64,000 bases of DNA from an uncultured Gemmatimonadales bacterium (GCA_963793305.1 CAWBZV010000002.1:448001-512000), one strand, 5' to 3'; counted from the stretch's first letter, positions 50,559 to 61,208 are shown. Program-made: numbers and translations. The notes: generated from the letters alone by a model not told the origin.

Positions 50559-51692
50559 TCAGGACCCCGTGCTCAGACGGCCTTGCAGCAGGATGCTCCC
50601 GCGCGAGACCACGAGCTCGCCGGCCTTGAGACCGTCGGTGATCGACGCCATCTCGCCGTCGTCGTCGCCGACGCTGACCGGCGTGCGGAGGAACCGCGTC
50701 GGGCCGGTCTGCACGAACACGACCGTCTGCTGGCCCAATGTGACGAGGGCCGTCACGGGCACCGCGACGACGTGCGAGGTGTCCGGCGCGTACAACCGGA
50801 CATCGCCGAAGGTCGCGGCCTTGAGGACGCGGCCCGGGTTCGCGAGCGTGGCGCGGACGATCGCGGTGCGCGTCGTCGAGTCGAGCGCACCGCCGACATA
50901 GGTCACGACGGCGTCGTAGCGATGATCCGGCATCGCCGCGGTCGTGAACACGAGGTGCTGTCCCCGGTGCACGTGCGTCAAGTTCTGCTCGTAGGCCTGG
51001 GCGGTGACCCAGAGCGTCTCGAGCGCCGAGATCGTGAACAGCGGATTCCCGGCATCGGCGCTGACCTCCTCGCCCGGGTTCGCCTGGCGATCCACGACCT
51101 CGCCGGCGATCGGCGAGCGCAACACGAAATCACCCGGCGCGCTGTGCTCGTCACCCTGACCGCCCGCCAACTGCCGCACCCGTTGCCCGGCGCGCTCGGC
51201 CTCGGCTCGATCCTGCGCGGCCTGGGCGCGCGCGTCTTCGAGGTCTTTGAGCGCGATGACCTTGTGGACGTAGAGACTCTCGGATCGCACGAGCTGCGTG
51301 GTGCTTTGCAGCGACGCGGCGTCGGCTTTCAGCTTGTCGCTCTGCGCCTGCGCGAGGTCGCTCGACACAATGTGGAGCAGCGGTTGTCCCGCGGCGATAT
51401 CGTCGCCCGGTCTCGCGTCGAGCGTGCGGACGCGACCGGTGACCGGCGACAGGACGCGAACCGTCTTGTCTTCGTCCAGCAGTAACTGCGCGGGGAGGGT
51501 CGCGACCACGCGCTGCTTCCGCTCGCGGACCGTGTCGATCGAGAGAGCGGCCATCTCGGGCGGCTCGAGTTGGACGGTTCCCGGTGGCAACGATGGGGTC
51601 GAGGACGACGGCGGCGTGTCGGCGGACGCGCCCTTATTGCACGCGACCGGGACAGCCAGCACGAGGCCCAACCATATACGACGAGCGGTCAT
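50559..51692 (-). CDS. Efflux RND periplasmic adaptor subunit
   Basis: Lipoprotein signal; SPVTGRV, LRSPIAGEV, TTRT, GLKAGELVV. Confidence 0.92.
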   Translation of the reverse strand: MTARRIWLGLVLAVPVACNKGASADTPPSSSTPSLPPGTVQLEPPEMAALSIDTVRERKQRVVATLPAQLLLDEDKTVRVLSPVTGRVRTLDARPGDDIAAGQPLLHIVSSDLAQAQSDKLKADAASLQSTTQLVRSESLYVHKVIALKDLEDARAQAAQDRAEAERAGQRVRQLAGGQGDEHSAPGDFVLRSPIAGEVVDRQANPGEEVSADAGNPLFTISALETLWVTAQAYEQNLTHVHRGQHLVFTTAAMPDHRYDAVVTYVGGALDSTTRTAIVRATLANPGRVLKAATFGDVRLYAPDTSHVVAVPVTALVTLGQQTVVFVQTGPTRFLRTPVSVGDDDGEMASITDGLKAGELVVSRGSILLQGRLSTGS

Positions 51693-52946
51693 TGGGGTGA
51701 CGCCTCATCTGGGATCAGATCGCGGCCGAGGGCCCGGTCAAGCGAATAGGCCGCGACCCAATAGTCGTGCACAGCGGTGAGGTATTCCGTGCGAATGTCT
51801 TGGTTCGTCCGAATCGCGTCCAGTACGTCGAGCAGCGAGCTCGCGCCGCGCTCGTAGGCGTACCGGGCGTTGGCGACTGCTTGGGCAGTCTTGTCCAACA
51901 GCCCACCCTGATACTTGCGTGCCAGAATAGTTGCCGACCGGAGCGAGTCGGCGGCTTGGATGACGTCGGAGATCGCTTGTCGGCGCGCTTCGTTATCGGC
52001 CAGTTGCGCGACCGCGACGCCGGCCTTCGCCTTTTCGCGCTCGCCGCCGTACCAATCCCAGAGTGGGATGGGCATCGAGATGCCGAGGCTGAAGCGCGAG
52101 GTCCTGCCGAACGGAAACGAGAATGTCGTAAGGCTGAGTCGGCTGCCAGCCAAGCAACAGGGTCGGGTACGGCAGGAGCAACCAGTCTTGCTGGCCTTGA
52201 ATGGCGTGGCTCTGGTCGAGCTGCGTATCGGCCGCCTTGAGGTCGGGTCGATCCGCAAGCGCGACAGCGAGGAGACTGTCAGGGCGATCGACCGGGACGC
52301 CCACGGTCTCGAACCGCAGGGTGCCGACAACCTTGAAGGCGGTGTCGGGCTGTTTGACGCCGATCAGAAGTTGCAGCGCGAGGCGGGCGGATCGAACGGT
52401 TGCCTGTGCATGCGCGAGCGCCGCGTCGGCCCGAGCGAGATTGAGCTCGCTCGTGACGACATCGGCCTCGGCGGCGGCGCCGTTCTTGAGGCGAGCCGAG
52501 TCGGCGGCAAGCAACTGGACGAGGATGTCGCGCTCATCACTGGCGAGCGACGCCAGCGCGTCATCGAGTATCAGGTCGTAGAACGCCGAGCGGACGTTGA
52601 AGACGACCGTCCGCTGCGTGTCGTAGAGGGAGAACCGCGTGGCGCCGAGTCCCAAGCGCGCGGCCTTGATGCGGTAATAGCGATTCGGGCCGATGTCGAG
52701 ATCGGACGAGAGCGCGTACTGGAATGGGAGGCCCGGTTGCACGGCCGCGGTGGGGTTCGTGAACGCGCGCGCGATGCCGAGCTCGCCGTGCGCCGAGTCG
52801 ACGTGTAATCGCGCCGTGACGATGTCCGGGTTCTTCGCGAGCGCATACTGGACGACCGCGTGTAACGTCGGCGGTCCGGCCGAGTCCGGCCGCTGCGCCG
52901 TGGCGACGATCGGGAAGGCGACCAGCCAGAAGAGACGCGTGCGCAC
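51689..52946 (-). CDS. TolC/CzcC family outer-membrane protein, +1 frameshift at ~52110-52125
   Basis: ALAKNPDI, ALADRPDLKAA; then SMPIPLWD, YERGASSLLDVLDA in the next frame. Confidence 0.88.
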
Positions 52947-53111
52947 GTGCGAAGGATGGGAATCGGATCGGAGGGCGACGACACCCGTCGTGGGGTTGTT
53001 ACACTCGGCCGTAGGTATAACAGCGGGACTGGCAGTCCCACGAGTGGCTTGGGTAATCTGGCAGATCGTCCCCGTCATTCGCGTCATCGTGATGATAAAT
53101 CGGCTATATCG

Positions 53112-53182
53112 TGCAAAATGCGCTCACTTTTGTGCACATTTTGCATTTTTTGATTGACACGGCCGCCGGCCAGTGTCATTAT
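53112..53182 (+). promoter_or_regulatory. Inverted-repeat operator plus sigma70-type promoter of the APC gene
   Basis: TGCAAAATGCGC-N10-GCACATTTTGCA; TTGACA(53154)-N17-CATTAT with extended TG; ATG 53190 near the expected start site. Confidence 0.6.
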
Positions 53183-53189
53183 GCCGATA

Positions 53190-54611
53190 ATGCCTGACCG
53201 CGATCCCGCCCAATCGCTCGGCCTGACCGGAGCGACCGTCAATGCCATGGCGCTGATAGCGCCAGGCGCTTTCCTGTGGATCACGTATCAGCTCCAGGCC
53301 GCCGCCACGGCCCCGGATGGCTCGTCGGTCGCCACCGACATGTGGCCCGGCATCCTGCTCGCGCTCGTGATCGCGCTGCTCAGTGCCGTGTCCTACGCGG
53401 AGTTGGCGCGAAAGTACCCTGAGGCTGGATTCGGCAGTTGCTACTACTTCGCCGGCCAGGCTCTCGTCGGCACCAAACGCTGGGCCAGGCTGGCGAAGCT
53501 GGCGACCGGTTGGGCGGCACACCTCTACTACTGGGTCTACCCGGGTACGATGGTCGCCTTCATGGCGACCCTGGTCGGCTACATCTACACCCAGGTGACC
53601 GGCGGGACGATGTCCACGCTGGCGCTCGTCCTGTTCTCCATCGCGTTCGCGCTCCTCGCCGGGTTCGTCGCCGTCCGCGGAATCACCGGGTCGACCCTCA
53701 CGTCGCTCGTCATCAACGTCGTGCAACTCGTGACGCTGGTCGGATTCTCGGTGCTGGCTTTTCTGTACCGCGCTACCCACACCGGAACCTGGGTGTTCCA
53801 GCATGCCGTGGATGTCGTCCGGCCGCACAGCATCCAGGGCGTGCTCATGCAGTCCACGCTGGCGATCCTCATTCTCGTCGGATTCGAGAGCTGCACGGCG
53901 TTCGCGGCCGAGACGCGGGATGCGCATCGCAACGTCCCGCGCGCGGTGATTCTGTCGCTCGTGATTCAAGGCGCGTTCGCCTATCTCCTCGAGTATTTCG
54001 CGGCGAACTATGTCCAGACGAACATGACGGCGGCCGCGGCATCCACGGCCCCATTGGGCGACCTCGCCATTCTCATCGGGAGTCGAGCCCTCATGCTCTC
54101 GATTGCCGTCACCGTGGTCCTCGCGCTCCTCGGCACGACGCTGTCCTGCATCAACACCGCCGCGCGGGTGAGCTATGCGATGGCCAAGGATCGCGAAATG
54201 CCCGAGCTCCTGGGGGCGCTCCACGGCCGATTCGCGTCGCCGGCCCGAGCCGTGTGGGCGCTCGTCGCGTTCTCATGCGTGATCGCCGCGATCGGTGTGC
54301 AATCGGTCATCGGACTGACCGGGATTACGCTGGCCTCGAACTTCGGGACGTTCGCCCTCTACGGGATGACGTGCCTGTGGACCTACATGGCGTTTGCGCG
54401 CGACGAGCAGCGACGGTTTGTCCGGCATATGCTCGTGCCGGTGCTGGGACTCGCCGCCAACGCCGCCATGCTGCTCGCGATTCTCTACTTCGCGGGAAAG
54501 GAGAAGTACATATGCTTCGGGATCGCTGGCGGGTGGGCGCTCGTGAGCATCGCGTACGTGAGCGTCACGAGCCTGCGCGACCGGCGTCCGCTGCTCCCGG
54601 AGGCCGGCTGA
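53190..54611 (+). CDS. APC family amino acid/amine permease
   Basis: ALIAPGAF, SYAELA, LVGFES, NTAARVSYAMAKD; about 12 TM segments. Confidence 0.9.
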   Translation: MPDRDPAQSLGLTGATVNAMALIAPGAFLWITYQLQAAATAPDGSSVATDMWPGILLALVIALLSAVSYAELARKYPEAGFGSCYYFAGQALVGTKRWARLAKLATGWAAHLYYWVYPGTMVAFMATLVGYIYTQVTGGTMSTLALVLFSIAFALLAGFVAVRGITGSTLTSLVINVVQLVTLVGFSVLAFLYRATHTGTWVFQHAVDVVRPHSIQGVLMQSTLAILILVGFESCTAFAAETRDAHRNVPRAVILSLVIQGAFAYLLEYFAANYVQTNMTAAAASTAPLGDLAILIGSRALMLSIAVTVVLALLGTTLSCINTAARVSYAMAKDREMPELLGALHGRFASPARAVWALVAFSCVIAAIGVQSVIGLTGITLASNFGTFALYGMTCLWTYMAFARDEQRRFVRHMLVPVLGLAANAAMLLAILYFAGKEKYICFGIAGGWALVSIAYVSVTSLRDRRPLLPEAG

Positions 54612-55300
54612 CCGTCTCGTTCGCGGAATTGACGGATGTCGGGCACCGGCGGCAGGTCAACGACGATGCGATCGTGTCGGCGCCCGCTGCCGGCGGCCTG
54701 CTGTTCGCCGTCGCCGATGGGGTCAGTGGTCTGCCCGGCGCGCGCCGTGCGAGTCAGACCGCCTTGGGGAGCTTCATCGGCGCGCTGGCTGGGGTGGCTG
54801 GGCTGGCTGGGGTGGCTGACCGAAAACCGATTCATAAGCGCCTGCGCGCGGCGGCCCAGCAGGCGAACCTCGACGTGCACGATCAAGCGCGGGCGGATCC
54901 GGCGCTCCGCTCCATGCGCACGACGTTGACCGCGAGCGCCATCGTCGGCGACACGCTCGCCGCGGTGCACGTCGGTGACTGCCGACTCTACTTGCTGCGC
55001 CGCTCACGCCTCGAATGCTTGACGCGCGATCATCGGTCTGTCTGGCAGCACCACGTGCTCACCCGTTGCCTCGGCGCGGACCCCATCGTGCGCGTCGACG
55101 TCGTACGCAAGCGTCTGCAGTACGGCGACGTGGTCCTGCAGTGCAGCAATGGTCTCTACAATGCCGTCTCGGCGCCACGCATCGCCATGGTGCTCGCCTC
55201 CGAACCTCCAGCGGCCGCGTGTCACACGCTCGCCCGCCTCGCCCGCGCTGGCGTGGGTGGTGATGACGTCAGTGTCCAAGTCGCGCTGCTACATGCGTAA
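54608..55300 (+). CDS. PP2C family Ser/Thr phosphatase (start CTG 54608 or TTG 54629)
   Basis: TDVGHRRQVNDD, VADG, HVGDCR.Y, LTRDH, CSNGL, GDDVS. Confidence 0.85.
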   Translation: MTVSFAELTDVGHRRQVNDDAIVSAPAAGGLLFAVADGVSGLPGARRASQTALGSFIGALAGVAGLAGVADRKPIHKRLRAAAQQANLDVHDQARADPALRSMRTTLTASAIVGDTLAAVHVGDCRLYLLRRSRLECLTRDHRSVWQHHVLTRCLGADPIVRVDVVRKRLQYGDVVLQCSNGLYNAVSAPRIAMVLASEPPAAACHTLARLARAGVGGDDVSVQVALLHA

Positions 55301-56267
55301 GAACCCATCCAATGATGGCCGCGCCGCCGAGCACGCTGAGTGAAATCATCGCTACCCGAAGCCACTCCGGCACATCCCAGCGTGCGCGCTGCCGCGGAGC
55401 GGCGTGCGCAAGGTGAATTGACTCGGGATTGGCGAGCAATTCCCGAAACACCGCCGCCGTTTGGATGCGATTCCGAGGATCCCGCTCCAGCGCCCGCATG
55501 ACGATGGTTTCAACGTCCACCGGAATGTCGCCCCGAATGCGGCGCAGAGGCTTGATGTGATCGTGCAACTTGGCCTGGATGGCCGCGTACACGTTCTCGC
55601 GAGGGAAGGGCACGACGCCGGTGAGCATCTCGTACAGAATGGCGCCCAGGCTGTAAACGTCCGTGCGGGCGTCGCCTCGGCGCCCTTTGATCTGCTCGGG
55701 CGCCATGTAGTCAGGCGTGCCCCCGGCGCCCGGAGAGAGAGCGGCCCATGTCATGCGACGCTGTGTCGTATCGAGCGCGATGCCGAAGTCCATGATTTTG
55801 ATGTGCCCATCGGGCCGCACCATGACGTTTTCCGGCTTGAGATCCCGATGCACAACGCCATTCGCATGCAAATACGCCAGGGCGTCGGCGATCTCCACGC
55901 CGAACGCCAGCGCCGTCTCGACCGGCAGACGCGGGGCGACCCGGATCTCGCCCTCGCGCTCCAGCACGTCGCGCAACCGGACGCCCTCGACGTACTCCAT
56001 CGCGAGATACACGCGACTCTTGTTCTGCGGGAACAAGACCTTGATGACCGCCGGATGGCTCAAGCGCTGCCCGATCTCCTCCTCACGCCGGAACCGCTCG
56101 TGAAAGACGACATCGCTCTCGAACTGGAGGTGCGGTACTTTGAGCACGACGGTTCGGCCGGTGCTCACGTCGCGCGCGCGGAAGATCGTCGCCATCCCGC
56201 TCCGGGCGATCACGTCGACGATCTGGTACTGGTCGAGCGTCTGGCCGCTCAGCAGTGTTTCCACCAC
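55269..56267 (-). CDS. Ser/Thr protein kinase with C-terminal TM helix
   Basis: VVLK, HRDLKPEN, DFG, GTPDYMAPEQ, DVYSLG. Confidence 0.9.
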   Translation of the reverse strand: MVETLLSGQTLDQYQIVDVIARSGMATIFRARDVSTGRTVVLKVPHLQFESDVVFHERFRREEEIGQRLSHPAVIKVLFPQNKSRVYLAMEYVEGVRLRDVLEREGEIRVAPRLPVETALAFGVEIADALAYLHANGVVHRDLKPENVMVRPDGHIKIMDFGIALDTTQRRMTWAALSPGAGGTPDYMAPEQIKGRRGDARTDVYSLGAILYEMLTGVVPFPRENVYAAIQAKLHDHIKPLRRIRGDIPVDVETIVMRALERDPRNRIQTAAVFRELLANPESIHLAHAAPRQRARWDVPEWLRVAMISLSVLGGAAIIGWVLTHVAARLGH

Positions 56268-56300
56268 GGCGTACGATATTATGCAGCCTGAGAGAACGCT

Positions 56301-57621
56301 ATGACTGAGCGTGGGCCTGATGCGGCGGCGACCCTGCGCGAGCTCGAAGCGCAGGGCGTTCGCTTTCTGCTCTTGCAATTCACCGATCTGCTCGGCGTGA
56401 ACAAAGCCGTCGAGCTGCCGCTCGCGCAGGCGCCGAAGGCGCTCGCCGAGGGCGTCCTCTTCGATGGATCCGCGCTGGAAGGGTTCGCGCGGACCGAGGA
56501 GGCGGACGCGCTCCTCGTGCCGGATCTCGCCACGTTTCGCGTGTTCCCCTGGACCGAGCCGCCCGAACGTCATGGCCCGGCTCATCTGCGACATCCGGTA
56601 TCCGGATGGCCGGTCATTCGAGGGCTGCCCGCGCACCGCGCTCAAGCGACAAATCGAGTCCGCCGGCCGGCTCGGCTATGCACCACTCGTTAGCGCCGAG
56701 GTGGAGTTCTTTCTGTTCGAGCAAGGCACGGAGACGCGGGACGCCGGGAGCTACTTCGACCTCGGTGGCATCGACGAGGGCGAACGGACCCGGCGCACGA
56801 TATCCGGCATCATCGAGGACATGAAGCTCGGGCCGGCCGCGTCGCACCACGAGGTTGGACGTGGCCAACATGAAATCGACTTAGGTCTGACTGATCCGCT
56901 CTCGCTGGCCGACAATATCGTCACGCTGCGGTTCGTCCTGCGCAGCATTGCGCGTCGGTCGGGACTCATTGCCACCGTGATGCCAAAGCCCACATACGGT
57001 CGGAGTGGCTCGGGCATGCACACGCATCAGACGCTCATGTCGAAGGGGAAGAATGCGTTCTTCGACCCAAAGGGCCCGGAGAAATTATCAGACACCAGCC
57101 GGCGCTATATCGCCGGTCTCTTGCGCCACGCCCGCGGCTATAGCGCCGTCACGAACCCGCTCGTGAACTCGTACAAGCGGCTCGTCGGTGGCTTCGAGGC
57201 TCCAGTGGATGTGTCGTGGTCGACACAAAATGTGTCCCCGCTGATCAGAGTTCCCGCCGAACGCGGCGACGCCACGCGCTGCGAGAACCGCCTGCCGGAT
57301 CCCGCCGCCAATCCTTACCTCGCGCTCCTCGTGCAGCTCGCCGCTGGCCTCAATGGCATCACCGAGAAGCTCGATCCGGGAGATCCGATCAACAAGAACA
57401 TCGCGCGCATGTCATATCGTGAGCGCCGCCGCTACCGGATCGACCAGCTGCCGCGCGATCTGCACGAAGCGCTCGACTATCTGGAGAAGGACCGCGTCAT
57501 TCGCGATGCACTCGGCGAGCATATCTACGAGCGCTACCTCGAGGCGAAGCACGAGGAGTGGTCGGAGTACATCGAACACGTCAGCGCGTGGGAGATCGAC
57601 CGCTACCTGGGCCGCTACTAG
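56301..57621 (+). CDS. glnA: Glutamine synthetase family protein (type I-like), +1 frameshift at ~56566
   Basis: QFTDLLG, FDGS, EVEFF, HHEV..GQHEI, MPKP, SGMH.H, NSYKRL, ENRLPDP. Confidence 0.88.
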
Positions 57622-60056
57622 GGCGATTTTACGTGCACCTTGGCCGTCCCTTTCTTGCTCTCGACGGTCGCGGTGATGGTCACGAACCCGGTATCGCTCG
57701 CGGGCTGGACGAGACCCATCGGCGAAACCGTCGCGATCGCGGTGTCGCTGGAGGCCCAAGTCACCGTGCGTCCGAGGAGCGTGTCCCCCTGCGCATCCTT
57801 CACGGTGTCCGTGAGCTGAACATGCTGACCCTTCTTCGTCGTTATCGTTGAGCTGTCGGGATCGACAATGACCGTCGCCACGGGCGCGAGCTTCACGGTG
57901 ACGGCGGCGCCGCCCGTCACACCCTGACTCGACGCGAACGCGGAGTCGCTGCCCGGCGCCACGCCGGTCACGATCCCGGTTTGAGCGACGCGCGCGATCG
58001 AGCCACCGGACTTGGTCGTCCAGGTGAACGTGACGCCGGAGATCGGATGATCATTGACGTCGAACGCCTGCGCCGTGACCTGTTGCGTGGCGTGCGTGTT
58101 CAGCGTGAACTGGTTTGGCGACAGCACGATGTGATTGATGGCGCTCGACACCGTGACCTTCGCGCTGCCATGGACGTTGTTCGACGACGTCGCGGTCACC
58201 GTCACGGGACCACCGGTCGCGATACCGGTCACGGTCGCCGTATCGAGCTGCGAGCTCGGGTCAACGCCACCAGTGCTGACCGTCGCGGTGCCAGTCGCGC
58301 CCGACGACCACGTGACCGCGCGTCCATAGAGGACATTCCCGCTGCCATCTTTCGACGTCGCCGTCACGACGCTCGTGCCTCCGACCGCGATGGTCGACGA
58401 TCCGATCGACACGGTCACGGACGCGACTGGCGCTTGGATCACAACGGTCGTATTCGTGTCGGCCTTTGTGCCGCTCTGGGCGATGATCTGCGCCGTGCCC
58501 GCGGTGACCCCTTGGATGAGCCCAGTGCTCGTCACCGTCGCGACACCATTGCTCGTCGACGACCAGGTGACGGTCGGATTGTTGATGGGATGCCCCAGCG
58601 AATCGATCACCGTCACGCTCAGCTGCTTTTGCGCGCCCACCGTAATCGTGTCTCGCCTCGGCGAAATCGTGACCGAGCCGACGGGCACTTGGAGCACGGT
58701 GACGGTGGCGAGTCCCGTCTGACCACCACTCGTGGCGCTGATCACGGTACTGCCGACGCCCACCGACTTCACGAGGCCAGTGGCCGATACCGTCGCGATG
58801 CTCGTGCTGAGCGACGTCCACGTGACGGTGCGTCCGGAGAGCACGTTGCCCGCGGTGTCTTTCACCGTCGCCGCGAGTTGCACCGTGCCACCGAGCGTCA
58901 CGCTCGCGCTCGGCGGCGTGATGGTCACGGAGCCTACCGGGACCTGCGCGACATTGATGGTGGCTGATCCCGTCTTGCCACCGCTCGTGCCAGTGATAGT
59001 CGCTTGTCCGGCGCTGACGGCGGTCACGGTCGCCGTAAGCGGTCCCGTTGCCGCAACCGTCGCGACACCGGGGGCGTTGCTCGAGAACGTCACCGTCGCA
59101 CCCGGAATCGGACTACCCGTGTTATCCGTCACTTCGGCCGTTAACGTCACCGTTTGGCCAACGAGCAGGTTGGATGACTGTGGCGAGATGGCCACGGCGT
59201 TGATGGGCACTGCCTGCACGGTGAGCGTCGTCGTGGCCGACACGCCTTCGGACGTGGCGGTGATCGTGACCGACCCGGCTTTGAGGCCAGTCGCGATGCC
59301 GCTCTGATTGATCTTCGCCGTCGTCGTATCGGATGAGGCCCAGGTGATGACGCGGCCGGTCAATGGGTCTCCGACCGAGTCTTCGGGCGTCGCGAGGAGC
59401 TGTGTGGTCTGGCCGACGATCACCGTTGGATTCTTCGGGGTGATCACGATTTTCGCGACGGGCACGGCCGTGACTGTCACCGCGGCATTCGCGCTGACCG
59501 AACCCGACGCGACGGTGATCGTCAGCGAGCCCTGTTTCTTCGCGATGACGAGCCCGGCCTGATCGACGGTCGCCACCGTCGTGTCACTGCTGGACCACAT
59601 GACCGCGCGGCCGGTCAGTACGTGGCCAGCCGCATCTTTCGTCGTGTCCGTGAACTGAAACGTGGCGCCGATACGGAGCGTGACCGTCGTCGGCGCAATG
59701 ACGATCGATGCCACCGGCACGCCGACGACGGTGACGCGGGCGGGTTGCCTCGGTGACACGCCCGCGTAGCTGGCATCGATGGTCGCCGTGCCGGCCGCGA
59801 CGGCTTTGACCGTGCCTTGCTGATCGACCGTGGCAATTGACGGGTCGCTCGTGGACCAAAAGAGCGTGACGCCGCTGATGGACGCGCCGCTGGCGGTCAC
59901 GGGCTGCGCCTGAATGGTCGCCGAGTCGCCGACGGCGACCGTCAGCGTGTCCGGCGTCATGACGATATCGGCTACGCCATGCGCATTCGGGCCGGTCGTG
60001 CTCGAGGAGCACGCCGCCAGGATGAGGGCGTAGGCACAGCGACGAGGTATCGCCAT
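57618..60056 (-). CDS. Ig-like (Big_2) repeat surface lipoprotein
   Basis: LILAAC lipobox; about 9 repeats of V.W.SS...ATV...G.V......G...ITA. Confidence 0.9.
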   Translation of the reverse strand: MAIPRRCAYALILAACSSSTTGPNAHGVADIVMTPDTLTVAVGDSATIQAQPVTASGASISGVTLFWSTSDPSIATVDQQGTVKAVAAGTATIDASYAGVSPRQPARVTVVGVPVASIVIAPTTVTLRIGATFQFTDTTKDAAGHVLTGRAVMWSSSDTTVATVDQAGLVIAKKQGSLTITVASGSVSANAAVTVTAVPVAKIVITPKNPTVIVGQTTQLLATPEDSVGDPLTGRVITWASSDTTTAKINQSGIATGLKAGSVTITATSEGVSATTTLTVQAVPINAVAISPQSSNLLVGQTVTLTAEVTDNTGSPIPGATVTFSSNAPGVATVAATGPLTATVTAVSAGQATITGTSGGKTGSATINVAQVPVGSVTITPPSASVTLGGTVQLAATVKDTAGNVLSGRTVTWTSLSTSIATVSATGLVKSVGVGSTVISATSGGQTGLATVTVLQVPVGSVTISPRRDTITVGAQKQLSVTVIDSLGHPINNPTVTWSSTSNGVATVTSTGLIQGVTAGTAQIIAQSGTKADTNTTVVIQAPVASVTVSIGSSTIAVGGTSVVTATSKDGSGNVLYGRAVTWSSGATGTATVSTGGVDPSSQLDTATVTGIATGGPVTVTATSSNNVHGSAKVTVSSAINHIVLSPNQFTLNTHATQQVTAQAFDVNDHPISGVTFTWTTKSGGSIARVAQTGIVTGVAPGSDSAFASSQGVTGGAAVTVKLAPVATVIVDPDSSTITTKKGQHVQLTDTVKDAQGDTLLGRTVTWASSDTAIATVSPMGLVQPASDTGFVTITATVESKKGTAKVHVKSP

Positions 60057-60086
60057 GCCCTGCTGACGTGCAGAAGTGATGCCGTG

Positions 60087-61208
60087 TTAGCGGAACTCGA
60101 GCCCGAGTCCGATGCCCACTTGCCCGTGGCTGGCAACGACGGTTGGCACGCTGAAACGCGGGGGAAGGGAACCGGATGTCGTCGTAGCCGTTGTGTCGGT
60201 GAGGCGGGAGAGTCCACTGGACCGGTTATGGGCGACAATGGCGGCCTCAATTGCCCCTAACAGCGTCACGCCGGCCGCCGCCCCGATCCCCGCCGCCAGA
60301 TTCTTCTGCTCGCTCGTCTGGAAAGTCTGTGTGTACGGGTGTCCGTTCCTGTCCGTGAAAGTCGCTGTCTTGGTGACCGTCTGGGACTGTACCCCCCAGA
60401 CCACTGCGCCCGCCGCAGCGCCGGTCACCAGGACGCCAAGTACGGGTTGGTGCGTGTAGTACTGGCCGCCCCCGGGGATCAGGCCCACCCAGAACGCCAC
60501 CGTGGCGCTCGGCAACTCGCGGCGGAGGGCGAGTTGGCGCTGGTGCACGGCGTCGCTATCACTCGCGGCGGGCGTCAAGCGAAGATATTGGTCGAAGTCG
60601 CGAATGGCCGCGGGTTGGTGGTGTTGGTGCGCGAGAGCGAGCGCACGATCGTAGAACGCGGGCGCGAAGCCAGGGGCCGCGCTAACCACCTCGGTGAACG
60701 CCTGCACCGCGTCACCCCAATTTGACCCGTCGTACGCCGCGACGCCTGCGCGAAAACGCTCGACCATCGTCGTGCCCCGGCTCAAGTCGGGACCTGGCAA
60801 GATCGCCGTCAGCTTGTCGCGAATCTGCCCGGCGTCGCTAGCGCCTGGCGACAAGAACAAGTAGCGACAGTACTCGCGGATAGCGGCCGGCTTGTCGCCC
60901 ATCTCCGCGTCCTCGCGACCGAGCCGGTTGGCGAGACCGGCATCGACTTGGTTGAGCAGCGCCGCTTGCTGAAACAAATCGCGCGCCGACTTGTGATCGC
61001 CCTCGAGGGCCGCTTCGGCACCGAGGGTGGCGAGGCGGTTGGCTTCGTCGACCTGGGCGCGGACGGGGGATATCGGTGCGGGGAACGCCGGGCACGCGAC
61101 GACGGTCGCCGCCGGCAGTGTGCGCTTGAGCGGCAGCTCCTGCGCCGAGATCGACGCGAGCGGCACTCCGATCACGAGGCCGCACCAGAGAACAGTCGCG
61201 CGTCTCAT
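60087..61208 (-). CDS. Secreted TPR protein with C-terminal hydrophobic segments
   Basis: Signal peptide; TPR-like helices; GLIPGGGQYY motif. Confidence 0.8.
   Translation of the reverse strand: MRRATVLWCGLVIGVPLASISAQELPLKRTLPAATVVACPAFPAPISPVRAQVDEANRLATLGAEAALEGDHKSARDLFQQAALLNQVDAGLANRLGREDAEMGDKPAAIREYCRYLFLSPGASDAGQIRDKLTAILPGPDLSRGTTMVERFRAGVAAYDGSNWGDAVQAFTEVVSAAPGFAPAFYDRALALAHQHHQPAAIRDFDQYLRLTPAASDSDAVHQRQLALRRELPSATVAFWVGLIPGGGQYYTHQPVLGVLVTGAAAGAVVWGVQSQTVTKTATFTDRNGHPYTQTFQTSEQKNLAAGIGAAAGVTLLGAIEAAIVAHNRSSGLSRLTDTTATTTSGSLPPRFSVPTVVASHGQVGIGLGLEFR

Noticed and set aside
48600..51485. 961-aa plus-strand ORF and other long antisense ORFs (e.g. 28374-29606, 38767-40341)
   Set aside because: Shadow frames of clear opposite-strand genes in high-GC DNA; no recognisable motifs.
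53438..55300. 620-aa ORF read as one long PP2C fusion
   Set aside because: The first ~390 codons are an alternative frame of the APC permease; only 54608 onward is PP2C-like.
23881..57621. True pseudogenes or programmed frameshifting in seven split genes
   Set aside because: The same +1 event at the same motif occurs on either strand relative to the gene, with no other decay and no slippery-site pattern; an artefact is more parsimonious.
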